The notes: generated by a model from the letters alone, not told the origin. A DNA stretch of 64,000 nucleotides from an uncultured Candidatus Micrarchaeota archaeon (GCA_963741095.1 CAVUGN010000002.1:32001-96000), one strand, 5' to 3'; positions 9,226 to 17,799 are shown, numbered from the stretch's first letter. Made by a program: numbers and translations.

Positions 9226-10215
9226 ATGGCGATCAGGATGGAAGAAATGCACAGTAGACCGATTTATGCAATACTTTTAATAGGGGTATTAGCGGCAGCC
9301 ATGGGGATATTCCTGGCTGTTCAGGCTATGCCGTTGGCGATGGCCGGAACGACGACAAATACGGTGACGGCCAACGTGAACGTGCAGGGCATCTGCTGGA
9401 CTGCGGCGCTGCCGAATCCGGCAACATTCGGCAATGTGAACCCCAGCACCGCTTCGGTTACGAACCTGCAGGTCACCGATAACGACGTTGGCGGCAACAT
9501 GGCGGCATTTCTTTGGATAAATGCAAACGGCAACATAAACAGCGGCAACTGGCAATGGGGAACCAACACGATACTCGTCGGCAACACGGTCTACAACGCG
9601 ATCAGCCAGGGCGCATACCTCGGCAACACGCTGACAACCACGCCCACGAACACGAACATCGCCCTGGCTGCACCAACGCTTGGGGCGCCGACAAACTCTG
9701 TCTTCATATACTTCGGACTGAACATACCTGGCGGCACTCCGGGGGGATTGTACACACAGGCATTGGTCTTCAACAACATATGCACCACGACAAACGCGAA
9801 CACCCTGAGCCTGACTGCGAACGTGCAGCAAGTATGCTACACTACGACGACTCCGAACGCGATAACGTTTGGCAACATGTACCCTGGTACTACGTACCCC
9901 GCAAACGTTGTCGTTACGGATAACGATGTCGGCGGGAATGTAGGAGCGGCGATGTACGTCGAGGGTCAGAATCCAAATTGGGTGTTCGGTTCAAACAACA
10001 TAGCGGTCTCGAATACAGTGTACAACGCGATCAGCCAGAGCACGTACCTTGGCAACGCGCTGACCACCTCGTTCGTGAATACGAACATTGCCATAGCCGC
10101 ACCCACACAGGCTACCCCGTACGCAACGGCCAATGTGTACTTCGGAATGGCTGTGCCAGGGGGCACTGTTGCGGGTCTGTACACAGAGAACATAATCATC
10201 GAGAATTCGTGTTGA
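9226..10215 (+). CDS. Secreted tandem two-domain pilin/fimbrial-like subunit ending IENSC
   Basis: Signal peptide (AMA|G); two homologous ~145-aa domains (TANVxxxxC…TFGN…VTDNDVGGN…NTVYNAISQ…YFG…PGGTxxGLYT…N-[IS]-C); similar to the C-terminal domain of the 3660 protein. Confidence 0.75.
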   Translation: MAIRMEEMHSRPIYAILLIGVLAAAMGIFLAVQAMPLAMAGTTTNTVTANVNVQGICWTAALPNPATFGNVNPSTASVTNLQVTDNDVGGNMAAFLWINANGNINSGNWQWGTNTILVGNTVYNAISQGAYLGNTLTTTPTNTNIALAAPTLGAPTNSVFIYFGLNIPGGTPGGLYTQALVFNNICTTTNANTLSLTANVQQVCYTTTTPNAITFGNMYPGTTYPANVVVTDNDVGGNVGAAMYVEGQNPNWVFGSNNIAVSNTVYNAISQSTYLGNALTTSFVNTNIAIAAPTQATPYATANVYFGMAVPGGTVAGLYTENIIIENSC

Positions 10216-10224
10216 AGTGCTAAC

Positions 10225-10989
10225 ATGAAAAATCTATTACCTGCGCTGTTGGGCAGCCTTTTATTGATTTTGGTATTGTTTGGGGCGTCTTATGCCCAGA
10301 TTGGAGAGGTCGCAGGACCGTTGAATTTCAACGTTAGCATTGGGACCAGACAGTCGCTGGGCTTGACAATAGTGAATGGAGGCAGTACCGGTTCCATCTC
10401 GTACATGTCGACGCCGACCATAACCACCGTGATACCTAATTCTACAACTCCGCAAGTGACCGTAACACCGATGAATGGGACCATACCGCCGCGCTCGATG
10501 GTCCATCTGAATGTGACAGTGTACATGCCAGGCGGCAAGAACAGGGCAGGAATGGTGTGGAACGGGTACATATCCACAGTCGAATTGACAGACAACTCTG
10601 TTACCAGCGGAGCGAACATACAGGCAGGGGCGCTCAAGATAATGACGATAACTGCTGCGCCACCCAAATTCCAGGAGATATACATACTAATCGCAGCGCT
10701 TGCCGTCACCTGCGTGGGCGTAGGAGCCTATCAGGTAGTGAAGAGGCAACGCGCCAAGAAGGTTGCTAAGAGGGCCAGGACGAAGGCTGCGGTGAAGGTA
10801 AAGAAGGCCGCGACTGTTGCATCGGCAAAGGTGAAGAAGGCCGAAGGGAAGGCAGCGGTGAAGGTAAAGAAGTCCGCGGCCACCGCATCGGCAAAGGTGA
10901 AGAAGGCCGAAGGGAAGGCAGCGGTGAAGGTAAAGAAGTCCGCAAGAACCGGAAGGGCAACAAGAGGAGGGAGGCGGGCCAGAAGGTAA
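10225..10989 (+). CDS. Membrane-anchored single Ig-like domain protein (PapD/DUF916-like pattern) with Lys/Ala-rich cytoplasmic tail
   Basis: Signal peptide; 'VTVTPMNGTIPPRSMVHLNVTVYMP…WNGYIST…GANIQAGALKIMTIT'; TM 'IYILIAALAVTCVGVGAY'; KKA-rich repeats. Confidence 0.65.
   Translation: MKNLLPALLGSLLLILVLFGASYAQIGEVAGPLNFNVSIGTRQSLGLTIVNGGSTGSISYMSTPTITTVIPNSTTPQVTVTPMNGTIPPRSMVHLNVTVYMPGGKNRAGMVWNGYISTVELTDNSVTSGANIQAGALKIMTITAAPPKFQEIYILIAALAVTCVGVGAYQVVKRQRAKKVAKRARTKAAVKVKKAATVASAKVKKAEGKAAVKVKKSAATASAKVKKAEGKAAVKVKKSARTGRATRGGRRARR
10783..10943 (+). repeat. 66-bp tandem repeat (~2.4 copies) encoding 22-aa Lys/Ala-rich units
   Basis: GCGGTGAAGGTAAAGAAG starts at 10789, 10855 and 10921. 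Confidence 0.9.
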
Positions 10990-11097
10990 CCGCATCCTCT
11001 CTTACCCCAAGGGCTATTCCTAAAGACAGCCTTGCTGAGTAGACGCAGGAAGGTTTAGAGCTATAAATAAAGCCTATGAAGATTATCTGGTGAGGTC

Positions 11098-11712
11098 ATG
11101 AGAAAAATAATCGTACAAAATATGGTATCATTGGATGGCTTCATAGCAGGACCTAATGGGGAATTTGACTGGCCTCTTGCGGACCAGGAATTTGAGCAAT
11201 ATGCATTGGAAAGACTAAACACTTATGATACCTTTCTACTCGGACGTGTGACTTACCAGATGTTTGCAAGCTACTGGCCTACTGCAATCACTAACACCAG
11301 CGGGACTTTGAGCAAAGAAGGGGTAAAATTCACCGTGCCAAAAGAAGTATCTGACATACACACGGAAGTTGCAAATAAAATGAATTCTTTGCAGAAGATT
11401 GTTTTCTCAAAGACACTCAAAAATGCCGACTGGAACAATTCTAAATTATTTGTTCAGGTAGTGCCCGAGGAGATAATGAAATTGAAACAACAGAATGGCA
11501 AGGATATGGTCATGCTTGGTAGTGCAGACCTTATATCAACATTTACGAAGTTGGATCTAATAGACGAATATCATCTTTTCGTAAATCCCGTTGTTTTAGG
11601 CGACGGAAAGCCTATGTTCAAAGACCTGAATGAAAGGCTTAAACTGAAGCTCACAAAAACAAAGACGTTTAAGTCTGGACTGGTTGGACTTTATTACCAG
11701 CCAGTAAAGTAA
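11098..11712 (+). CDS. Dihydrofolate reductase family (RibD C-terminal-like) protein
   Basis: 'MRKIIVQNMVSLDGFIAGPNG', 'LLGRVTY', 'LIDEYHLFVNPVVLGDGKPMF'; visibly AT-richer than flanks. Confidence 0.9.
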   Translation: MRKIIVQNMVSLDGFIAGPNGEFDWPLADQEFEQYALERLNTYDTFLLGRVTYQMFASYWPTAITNTSGTLSKEGVKFTVPKEVSDIHTEVANKMNSLQKIVFSKTLKNADWNNSKLFVQVVPEEIMKLKQQNGKDMVMLGSADLISTFTKLDLIDEYHLFVNPVVLGDGKPMFKDLNERLKLKLTKTKTFKSGLVGLYYQPVK

Positions 11713-11839
11713 CCCCTTTTGGAAAAGGCATGTACGCCCCACCCCGTCAACCGGCAGTAAACTCGAGATCGCGAGAATATCCCGCGAAAATGGAGAAGGG
11801 GTGCAAAAATCTGTTTGGTATATAACCCCTGATGCGGTA

Positions 11840-11946
11840 TGGGCCCGGTGAGATTTGAACTCACGACCTACGGCTTTCCTGGTGGGACCTTCACTGAAAG
11901 CCCCACGTATAAGACCGTCGCTCTAACCAGGCTGAGCTACGAGCCC
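11840..11946 (-). tRNA. tRNA-Ile(UAU) with 32-nt intron at 37/38 (intron ~11876-11907)
   Basis: Reverse complement GGGCTCG TA GCTC AGCCTGGTTA GAGC G ACGGT CT TAT A [intron] A GCCGT AGGTC GTGAG TTCAAAT CTCAC CGGGCCC A; 75-nt mature cloverleaf. Confidence 0.88.
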
Positions 11947-11998
11947 ACAACTTTAATGGTAATGATAATCTAATCAAGGTATTTAATCCGTTGGCTGA

Positions 11999-14900
11999 TC
12001 AGGGCATGGTGTAGTTGTTGTGCACCCATGAAGGCTTTGGCGGCACCGGAGGCAGCCCGCCGGTGTAGTTGTTCAGCGCGAATATCCTCACCGCATAGGT
12101 CCCGTTGACTAGGTTGACCCCGGTGGCGTTCGTGACCGGGTAGACCTGTGTGAAGCCCGGCAGGTTGCCGAGCATGAAGCCCTTGTAGTAGTTCGAAGTG
12201 TAGAAGCCTGATGGCGCGTTATTCACTATGCCGGTGGCGTCGGGCAGGTATATCATGAGGAACTCGACAAAAGGCGTGCCGCTGACGTTCACCACGCCGA
12301 GATAGTATGAGGATTGGATGACCGCATTCATCTTCACGCCGTTGGAGCTGTAGACCCCGAGAACGCCGCTCTTGTTCGGGTTCGGGCTGACGCAGACCGT
12401 GTTGTTGGAGAGCGAGCTGCCGATGACCAGATAGGCCTTGGCGTAGATGCTGTTGCTGGTTGAGATGGAGCAGTAGTTGTTTATGCTCTGCTGCGTCTCG
12501 TTGGGCACGAACACAGATAGGGGTATTAGCGCGTACTGCGGGTCGTTGTCGAGCTCGCACTGCGAGGTGCCGAGCACGTAGGGAACCCCCTGCTGTGCTC
12601 CCTGGGCCATCGCGTAGGCCTCTGAGGTCGCATTGACGTTTATGCAGGCCAGGAAGTCGAGTGCCTGCCATTTCGATATGAGGTCCTCGTCCATCAGCAC
12701 GTACTTCGTTTGATTGGAATTCATGAAGTGTGCAAGGCTTTGTGGGGTGTAGTTGTACTTCTGTCCCAGCACGAGGTTCGCCGCGGCCGCGTAGTCTTCT
12801 GCCGCTACTGCGTTGTCGCCGCGGAGGAAGGCGTTGGCGTTGCCGAACCAGTTGATCCAGTCGCCATAGTCCCACCAGGACAGCACTCTCGGGGCGTTGG
12901 TGTTTATGTTGGTCTTTATCCATGCCATGGTGTTGAGCCAGTATTTCGGCACCGTGTTGCAGAATATGCTCTCTCCCAGGACGTTGTTGTTGTTTGTGAG
13001 CGTGGTGCAGGCGGTCGTTGGCGTGGTGCTGAAGACGAAGAGCGCCCTGAATGAGGACAGCATCGATGCGCTCTCACCATAGAAGAACATGCGCTGCGCT
13101 AATCCGATGAACGAGAGTATCAGCAGCAGTATCATCAATCCGAGGAACAGGTAGTAGACCGTGCTCGGCTTCTTCTGCGAATAGTTGCGCAGCGCGAGGT
13201 ACGCGAGCAGTATTGACGCGACGATCGCGCCGAACATGAAGAAGACCCCGACCATCAGGACGAGGTTGGCTAGCGTGCTGTGCTCGGCGTAGAAGCTGCT
13301 GCTTATGTGGCCCGCCTCGTCGTACGCAGACCTTACCTTCAGCTTGAAGTTGTCCTGCGCGAGGTACATGACCTCACCGAGGACGATGCAGAACATTATT
13401 ATGTAGGCGACGCCGAGGTGCGGGAGGTACTTGACTTCAGAGAAGCCCGCGAAGAGCAGTGGCAGGGCTATCGCCATGTAGAGTATGCCCGTCCTGTTCC
13501 GCCTGTAGATTATGCTGATTGCCAGCAGGATGATCGACGCTGCAGAGATGATCCATACCAGGAGCGGGACGCCGAAGATGTTCGCGCCTATCGCGCCGAA
13601 GCCCTGGGCGCCGAAATTATAAAGCAAACCGGTCGGGATGTATTCCTGCACCGTCATGAAGAGAGGTTTTGAGGGCGTTGTGAACCTTGCGCTCAGGTTA
13701 AGGTAGGACTTGATCGGCCCGCCCAAAGGCGTCAGCAGCAGCACGGCCAGCGCGACTACGATTATGGCGAATATGACCAGCGCTCTCGATGCGGCTTTGG
13801 AGTACTTGCTCGCGGTGCCGATGAACTCGGATATCTTGGGCGCAAGCATGTTCGACAGGTATTCCGCGACCACGACAAACAAAAGGCTGAAGAGCGGGAA
13901 GGCGACTATCACGGGTATGTCCAGCAGGTTGGGTATCCTGTTGGCGAGCGTGGAGCTGTAGGGGTTGTAGACCGCGTAGAAAATTATTATGATCGCCAGC
14001 ACCCAAGCATTCATTGTGTAGAAATCCTTCAGGTTCTCCTTCCTTGTTATGCCGATTATGCCCTGAAGTACTATGTAAGCGGCAAGTATGCCGGTGGTGA
14101 CCGTGTAGTAGTGTGCGCCGAGGAAGTTCGAGGCGAAGGCGATGCCCGCAAGGATCGCAAGTCGCTTGTCCTTCGGATTCCTGACCGCAAGCAGGTAGCT
14201 TGCGAGGAAGAAAAACAAGGCGAATATGCCCCACGGTTCGAGGAGCTGCTCCCCGGCGATGAATGTTGTGTACAATACGGGCATCATCATGGCTAGCGCT
14301 GCGCCGATGAGCCCTATCTTCTCGTCATATTCGTGGTACAGCAGCTGGAAGACCACGAAAACAAGCAAGGCAGCAGTTATTGGAGGATAGAAGCTGCCGA
14401 CGTAGCTCATAAGGTTGGTGTTGAATGTCGCGTAGTGCGGCCCCAGCACATTCGCCAGGTCGTACCAGTAAGCTTCGAGGTAAGGTATCAGAGGTTCCAC
14501 CCTGAGCACCGTGCCAGCTGCCACGCCGGGCCATGCCGAGGGCGAGAGCAGGACCTGATAGCCGTAGGTGATCACTGATTCCGTGTTGAGCATGTCGAAG
14601 TATGGGTCGAACTCGAAGAATTTCGGCGCCACGCTGATGTTGAACATCCTTGTAGCGAAGCTGAGAATCATTATTATCAGAAGCACGGTCCAGACGGCCC
14701 ACATCTTGTCGCTTTTCTTCGACTCCTTTGCGGGTGTGGTTACGGGTTGTATGTCCTTGAGCAGCAGCTGCTCTTCGCGCATGTGCTCCTCGAGAAGCCT
14801 GTTCTGGTCTTCGGTGTGCAGCGCGGAGATCTTGTCCTTCTCCTCTTTGGTGAGCCCCGATGCGAGGCGCATTTCTTCTTGCTGCTTCGAATGCAATGCC

Positions 14901-15322
14901 TTTTCCTCGTCTATGTGCCTACTGACTATCGCCTCTCCCTTCGGCATCATCGAGAGTATCTGCCTGGCGTCCTCGACGACGGTCTCGTTTCTCGATGGAT
15001 TTGCCTTGGGCTTGCCGGCGATGAGGGCCTTGAAGTCCTTGAAAACGCCTTCGGTGTAGCACAGCACCAGCCCCACCAGCGTCAGGAAGAGCACGTTGAC
15101 TGCGAAAAGCGTCAGAGAGAAGCTGAAGAAGTGTATGTAGTCCATCAGGTAGGATTCCAGCCAGGTGAGGGTAGCTGGTCCGATCAGGCCGAAGATAACG
15201 CCTATGACCGTTATCTCGAAAGCGTGCAGCTCTGTTTTTCTTAGAAGCGCGAAGGAGAGCAGCACTCCAGGAACTAGTATGGATAGGAACGCCACCAGTA
15301 TCGTTGCATCTATCCCGAACAT
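11999..15322 (-). CDS. aglB: Oligosaccharyltransferase AglB (STT3 family) with N-terminal extension
   Basis: 'FEFDPYF', 'TVQEY', 'SWWDYGDWI', 'DEDLISKW' DK-type motif, multiple TMs. Confidence 0.93.
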   Translation of the reverse strand: MFGIDATILVAFLSILVPGVLLSFALLRKTELHAFEITVIGVIFGLIGPATLTWLESYLMDYIHFFSFSLTLFAVNVLFLTLVGLVLCYTEGVFKDFKALIAGKPKANPSRNETVVEDARQILSMMPKGEAIVSRHIDEEKALHSKQQEEMRLASGLTKEEKDKISALHTEDQNRLLEEHMREEQLLLKDIQPVTTPAKESKKSDKMWAVWTVLLIIMILSFATRMFNISVAPKFFEFDPYFDMLNTESVITYGYQVLLSPSAWPGVAAGTVLRVEPLIPYLEAYWYDLANVLGPHYATFNTNLMSYVGSFYPPITAALLVFVVFQLLYHEYDEKIGLIGAALAMMMPVLYTTFIAGEQLLEPWGIFALFFFLASYLLAVRNPKDKRLAILAGIAFASNFLGAHYYTVTTGILAAYIVLQGIIGITRKENLKDFYTMNAWVLAIIIIFYAVYNPYSSTLANRIPNLLDIPVIVAFPLFSLLFVVVAEYLSNMLAPKISEFIGTASKYSKAASRALVIFAIIVVALAVLLLTPLGGPIKSYLNLSARFTTPSKPLFMTVQEYIPTGLLYNFGAQGFGAIGANIFGVPLLVWIISAASIILLAISIIYRRNRTGILYMAIALPLLFAGFSEVKYLPHLGVAYIIMFCIVLGEVMYLAQDNFKLKVRSAYDEAGHISSSFYAEHSTLANLVLMVGVFFMFGAIVASILLAYLALRNYSQKKPSTVYYLFLGLMILLLILSFIGLAQRMFFYGESASMLSSFRALFVFSTTPTTACTTLTNNNNVLGESIFCNTVPKYWLNTMAWIKTNINTNAPRVLSWWDYGDWINWFGNANAFLRGDNAVAAEDYAAAANLVLGQKYNYTPQSLAHFMNSNQTKYVLMDEDLISKWQALDFLACINVNATSEAYAMAQGAQQGVPYVLGTSQCELDNDPQYALIPLSVFVPNETQQSINNYCSISTSNSIYAKAYLVIGSSLSNNTVCVSPNPNKSGVLGVYSSNGVKMNAVIQSSYYLGVVNVSGTPFVEFLMIYLPDATGIVNNAPSGFYTSNYYKGFMLGNLPGFTQVYPVTNATGVNLVNGTYAVRIFALNNYTGGLPPVPPKPSWVHNNYTMP

Positions 15323-15365
15323 GAAACCAAGTTGTAATAGAAGGTATTTAACTGTTGGGAAATGT

Positions 15366-15989
15366 TTAGCTGTTGCGTATCGATTTCGGCATCTCTATGG
15401 GCTTTATTATCCTGTCCTGGAAAACTGTTCCCGGCGGCACCAGCCTGACCTTTACGCCTATCGCGCCATACTTCGGGTAAGCGACGGCGGTGGCCTCCCT
15501 GACCAGCCTCGATATGTCACCGGCCTTGGGTATGTAGCCTATGCTCTTCCTTATCGACTTCGCCCTTGCACCTTTCGCCGCGAGCTTGCCGCTTGCAACT
15601 ATTTCAGCACCAAGCGCGCCGTTCTGTATTATCTCCCTGAGCGTCGACTGTATGACCTTCCTCGCGTTTATTCCGCGCTCCAGCCTCTCCGTTATGCCCT
15701 TTGCGACCAGAAGCGGCTCGAGCATTCGGTTCTGAACCTCCATGACGTTGATCTGCGGGTTGTCTATGCCGAATCTCTTCCGGATCGTGTCAGTAACAGT
15801 ATCAATGGTCTTTCCCGCCCTGCCGATGACCCTGCCCGGATTCAGAACAAATACGGTTATCCTTGTAAGCATCGGCGTCTTCTGTATCTCCACCCTTGAG
15901 AAGCCCGCACGCGAAAGCTCCTTGCTGAGGTACCTGGATATGTTCATCTTGATTATTGCGTCGTTTATGAATTTTTTCTCAGTGGCCAA
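15366..15989 (-). CDS. rps3: 30S ribosomal protein S3
   Basis: KH 'PGRVIGRAGK', 'GAEIVASGKL', 'GAIGVKVRL'. Confidence 0.96.
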   Translation of the reverse strand: MATEKKFINDAIIKMNISRYLSKELSRAGFSRVEIQKTPMLTRITVFVLNPGRVIGRAGKTIDTVTDTIRKRFGIDNPQINVMEVQNRMLEPLLVAKGITERLERGINARKVIQSTLREIIQNGALGAEIVASGKLAAKGARAKSIRKSIGYIPKAGDISRLVREATAVAYPKYGAIGVKVRLVPPGTVFQDRIIKPIEMPKSIRNS

Positions 15990-15997
15990 TCCAACAC

Positions 15998-16690
15998 CTA
16001 ATTCTTTGCCGCCTCTGCCTTCGCGGTCTCCGTCTTCTTCTCCGCCTGCTTCTCTGCTACCGGCTTCTCAGCCTTCTTTTCCGTTTTGACTGCGGGTTTC
16101 GCCGCTGCTTTCGGAGCCTGCTTTACCGTCGGCTTCTTCGCGTTGTTCTTGCTCTCGATCATGCTGAAGAGCTTGACTATCTTGGTCGATTCCTTGCCCA
16201 GCTTGCCCTCGTACTTGCTGCTCAGGCCGATCTCGACCTTCGAGAACTCGAGATTGCTCTTTCGCATTGAAGTGTAACCGTATCCACCGACTGTGACTGC
16301 CCTCGCTCCCTTCGGCGGCGACCTCGGCGCCGTTAGCGTCTTGTTTGCGCAGGCGTGCACGACATGCATGAGCTCAGGTTCGTAGCCCTTGTTCTTCGCG
16401 TTGGCGTACGCGTTGGCGAGGACCTTCCTTACTATCGCGGCGCACTTCTTCGGGTACCTTCCGGTCTTCCCGCCAAGCTCGTGCCTCGAACCCATGTACC
16501 TGTTCCACCTGTTGTACTTTATCGGCTTTTCGCCGCTTGCGGTCTCGTCCAATATTTTCATCGCTGCCGGGACGCTCCGGTACCTTATGGCGTCGCACAC
16601 GGCGCAGAGATCCTTGAAGCTGGCGTTCAGGTCGTTCGCTGTCGCGAAGACGACGTCAGTTCTGTCGAGATTGAATGAGTATGCCATCAT
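15998..16690 (-). CDS. rpl22: 50S ribosomal protein L22 with Lys/Ala/Glu-rich C-terminal tail
   Basis: 'GRYPKKCA…LANAYANAKNKG'; position between S19 and S3; true start MMAYSF overlapping the S19 stop. Confidence 0.93.
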   Translation of the reverse strand: MMAYSFNLDRTDVVFATANDLNASFKDLCAVCDAIRYRSVPAAMKILDETASGEKPIKYNRWNRYMGSRHELGGKTGRYPKKCAAIVRKVLANAYANAKNKGYEPELMHVVHACANKTLTAPRSPPKGARAVTVGGYGYTSMRKSNLEFSKVEIGLSSKYEGKLGKESTKIVKLFSMIESKNNAKKPTVKQAPKAAAKPAVKTEKKAEKPVAEKQAEKKTETAKAEAAKN

Positions 16691-17082
16691 TTCACCGCAA
16701 GGAACTTGCTGCCTCTCGTGGCCCTTATACCCGGAGCAGAGTGCCTGACCGGCTTTGTGCTGTATGAATATTCTCCCAGCCTGTGGCCGAGCATGTTTGC
16801 GGTTATCAGCACCGGCATGAACTCCTTGCCGTTGTGCACCGCGAACTTCAGGCCGATCCACGACGGTATTATCATCGCTTCCCTGACCTGCGTCCTTATG
16901 GGCTTGTCTATGCCCTTCGTCTTGTACTTCTCGACCTTTGCAAGCAGCTTCTTGTAGTCAATGCCGTTCCTCTTCATGCTCCTCCTTTGCCTTGACTTGA
17001 CCATCTTGAGGTAATCGGCAGTGGTCACTGTGTTCAGCTCCGTTGCCGTCTTCCCCCTATAAGCTACTCTTTCGATTGCCAT
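16687..17082 (-). CDS. rps19: 30S ribosomal protein S19
   Basis: 'VHNGKEF…MLGHRLGEY…HSAPGIRATRGSKF'. Confidence 0.96.
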   Translation of the reverse strand: MAIERVAYRGKTATELNTVTTADYLKMVKSRQRRSMKRNGIDYKKLLAKVEKYKTKGIDKPIRTQVREAMIIPSWIGLKFAVHNGKEFMPVLITANMLGHRLGEYSYSTKPVRHSAPGIRATRGSKFLAVK

Positions 17083-17086
17083 TTGA

Positions 17087-17797
17087 TTACCTCTTCTTCC
17101 TTCCTACGCGGCTTGCAGCGATGTGGCCGACCTTCCTTCCTGGAGGCGCGTTCCTCGAGATCATGCTGCTCCTTCCCTTGTGGTGGCCCTTTCCGCCGAA
17201 CGGATGGTCAACCGCATTTGTGTGGACGCCTCTTATCGTAGGCCATGTCCTATTGAGCGGGCGCATTATGTAATGGTTCTTTCCTGCCTTCATCAGCGGC
17301 GCTTCAGACATTCCGCCGCCTGCAATAACGCCCAGTTGGGCCCTGCATTCATTGTCCAGTACGACGTTTGACTTTGATGGCATGACTATTGTCGTGTTGG
17401 CTCCCAGGTGCGCCGACACATAGGCGACGCTGCCCGCGGCCCTCACGAACTTGCCCCCGTCTCCCGGAGTTGATTCGACGTTGAATATCGGCATTCCCTC
17501 AGGAACGTCCATTATCTTCACGACGTTGCCCAAGGAGAACTTCGCTTTGTCGCAGATCGTTATCTTGTCGCCTATTCTTATGCCTTCGGGCGCTAGCAGA
17601 TAACCCTTTGAGAAATTATCGTAAAGCACCTCTATGAGCGGCGCGGTGTGGCCGGTGTGGTTTATTATCCCGACGACCTCGCAGGTCGTACCGGCGGCCC
17701 TGCCGGAATAGTTGATGCTGAGGTCGAAGGTGTTGGGTTTCTTCGTGTAGACGTTCGAACCCTTTCCTCTCCTCTGTTGTCTTAGCTTCTTTCCCAT
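17087..17797 (-). CDS. rpl2: 50S ribosomal protein L2
   Basis: 'MGKKLRQQRRGKG', 'PGDGGKFVRAAG', 'NAVDHPFGG', 'PPGRKVGHIAA'. Confidence 0.97.
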   Translation of the reverse strand: MGKKLRQQRRGKGSNVYTKKPNTFDLSINYSGRAAGTTCEVVGIINHTGHTAPLIEVLYDNFSKGYLLAPEGIRIGDKITICDKAKFSLGNVVKIMDVPEGMPIFNVESTPGDGGKFVRAAGSVAYVSAHLGANTTIVMPSKSNVVLDNECRAQLGVIAGGGMSEAPLMKAGKNHYIMRPLNRTWPTIRGVHTNAVDHPFGGKGHHKGRSSMISRNAPPGRKVGHIAASRVGRKKR

Positions 17798-17799
17798 TT

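Noticed and set aside
9226-10215. Type IV pilin/archaellin or SipW-processed TasA-type pilin
   Set aside because: Signal peptide is class I (AMA|G) with no K/R-G|hydrophobic class III motif; no PilB/PilC, prepilin peptidase or SipW gene nearby
16691-16861. Apparent N-terminal extension of L22 in the ORF track
   Set aside because: Overlaps rps19 in another frame; the real start is MMAYSF at 16690/16687
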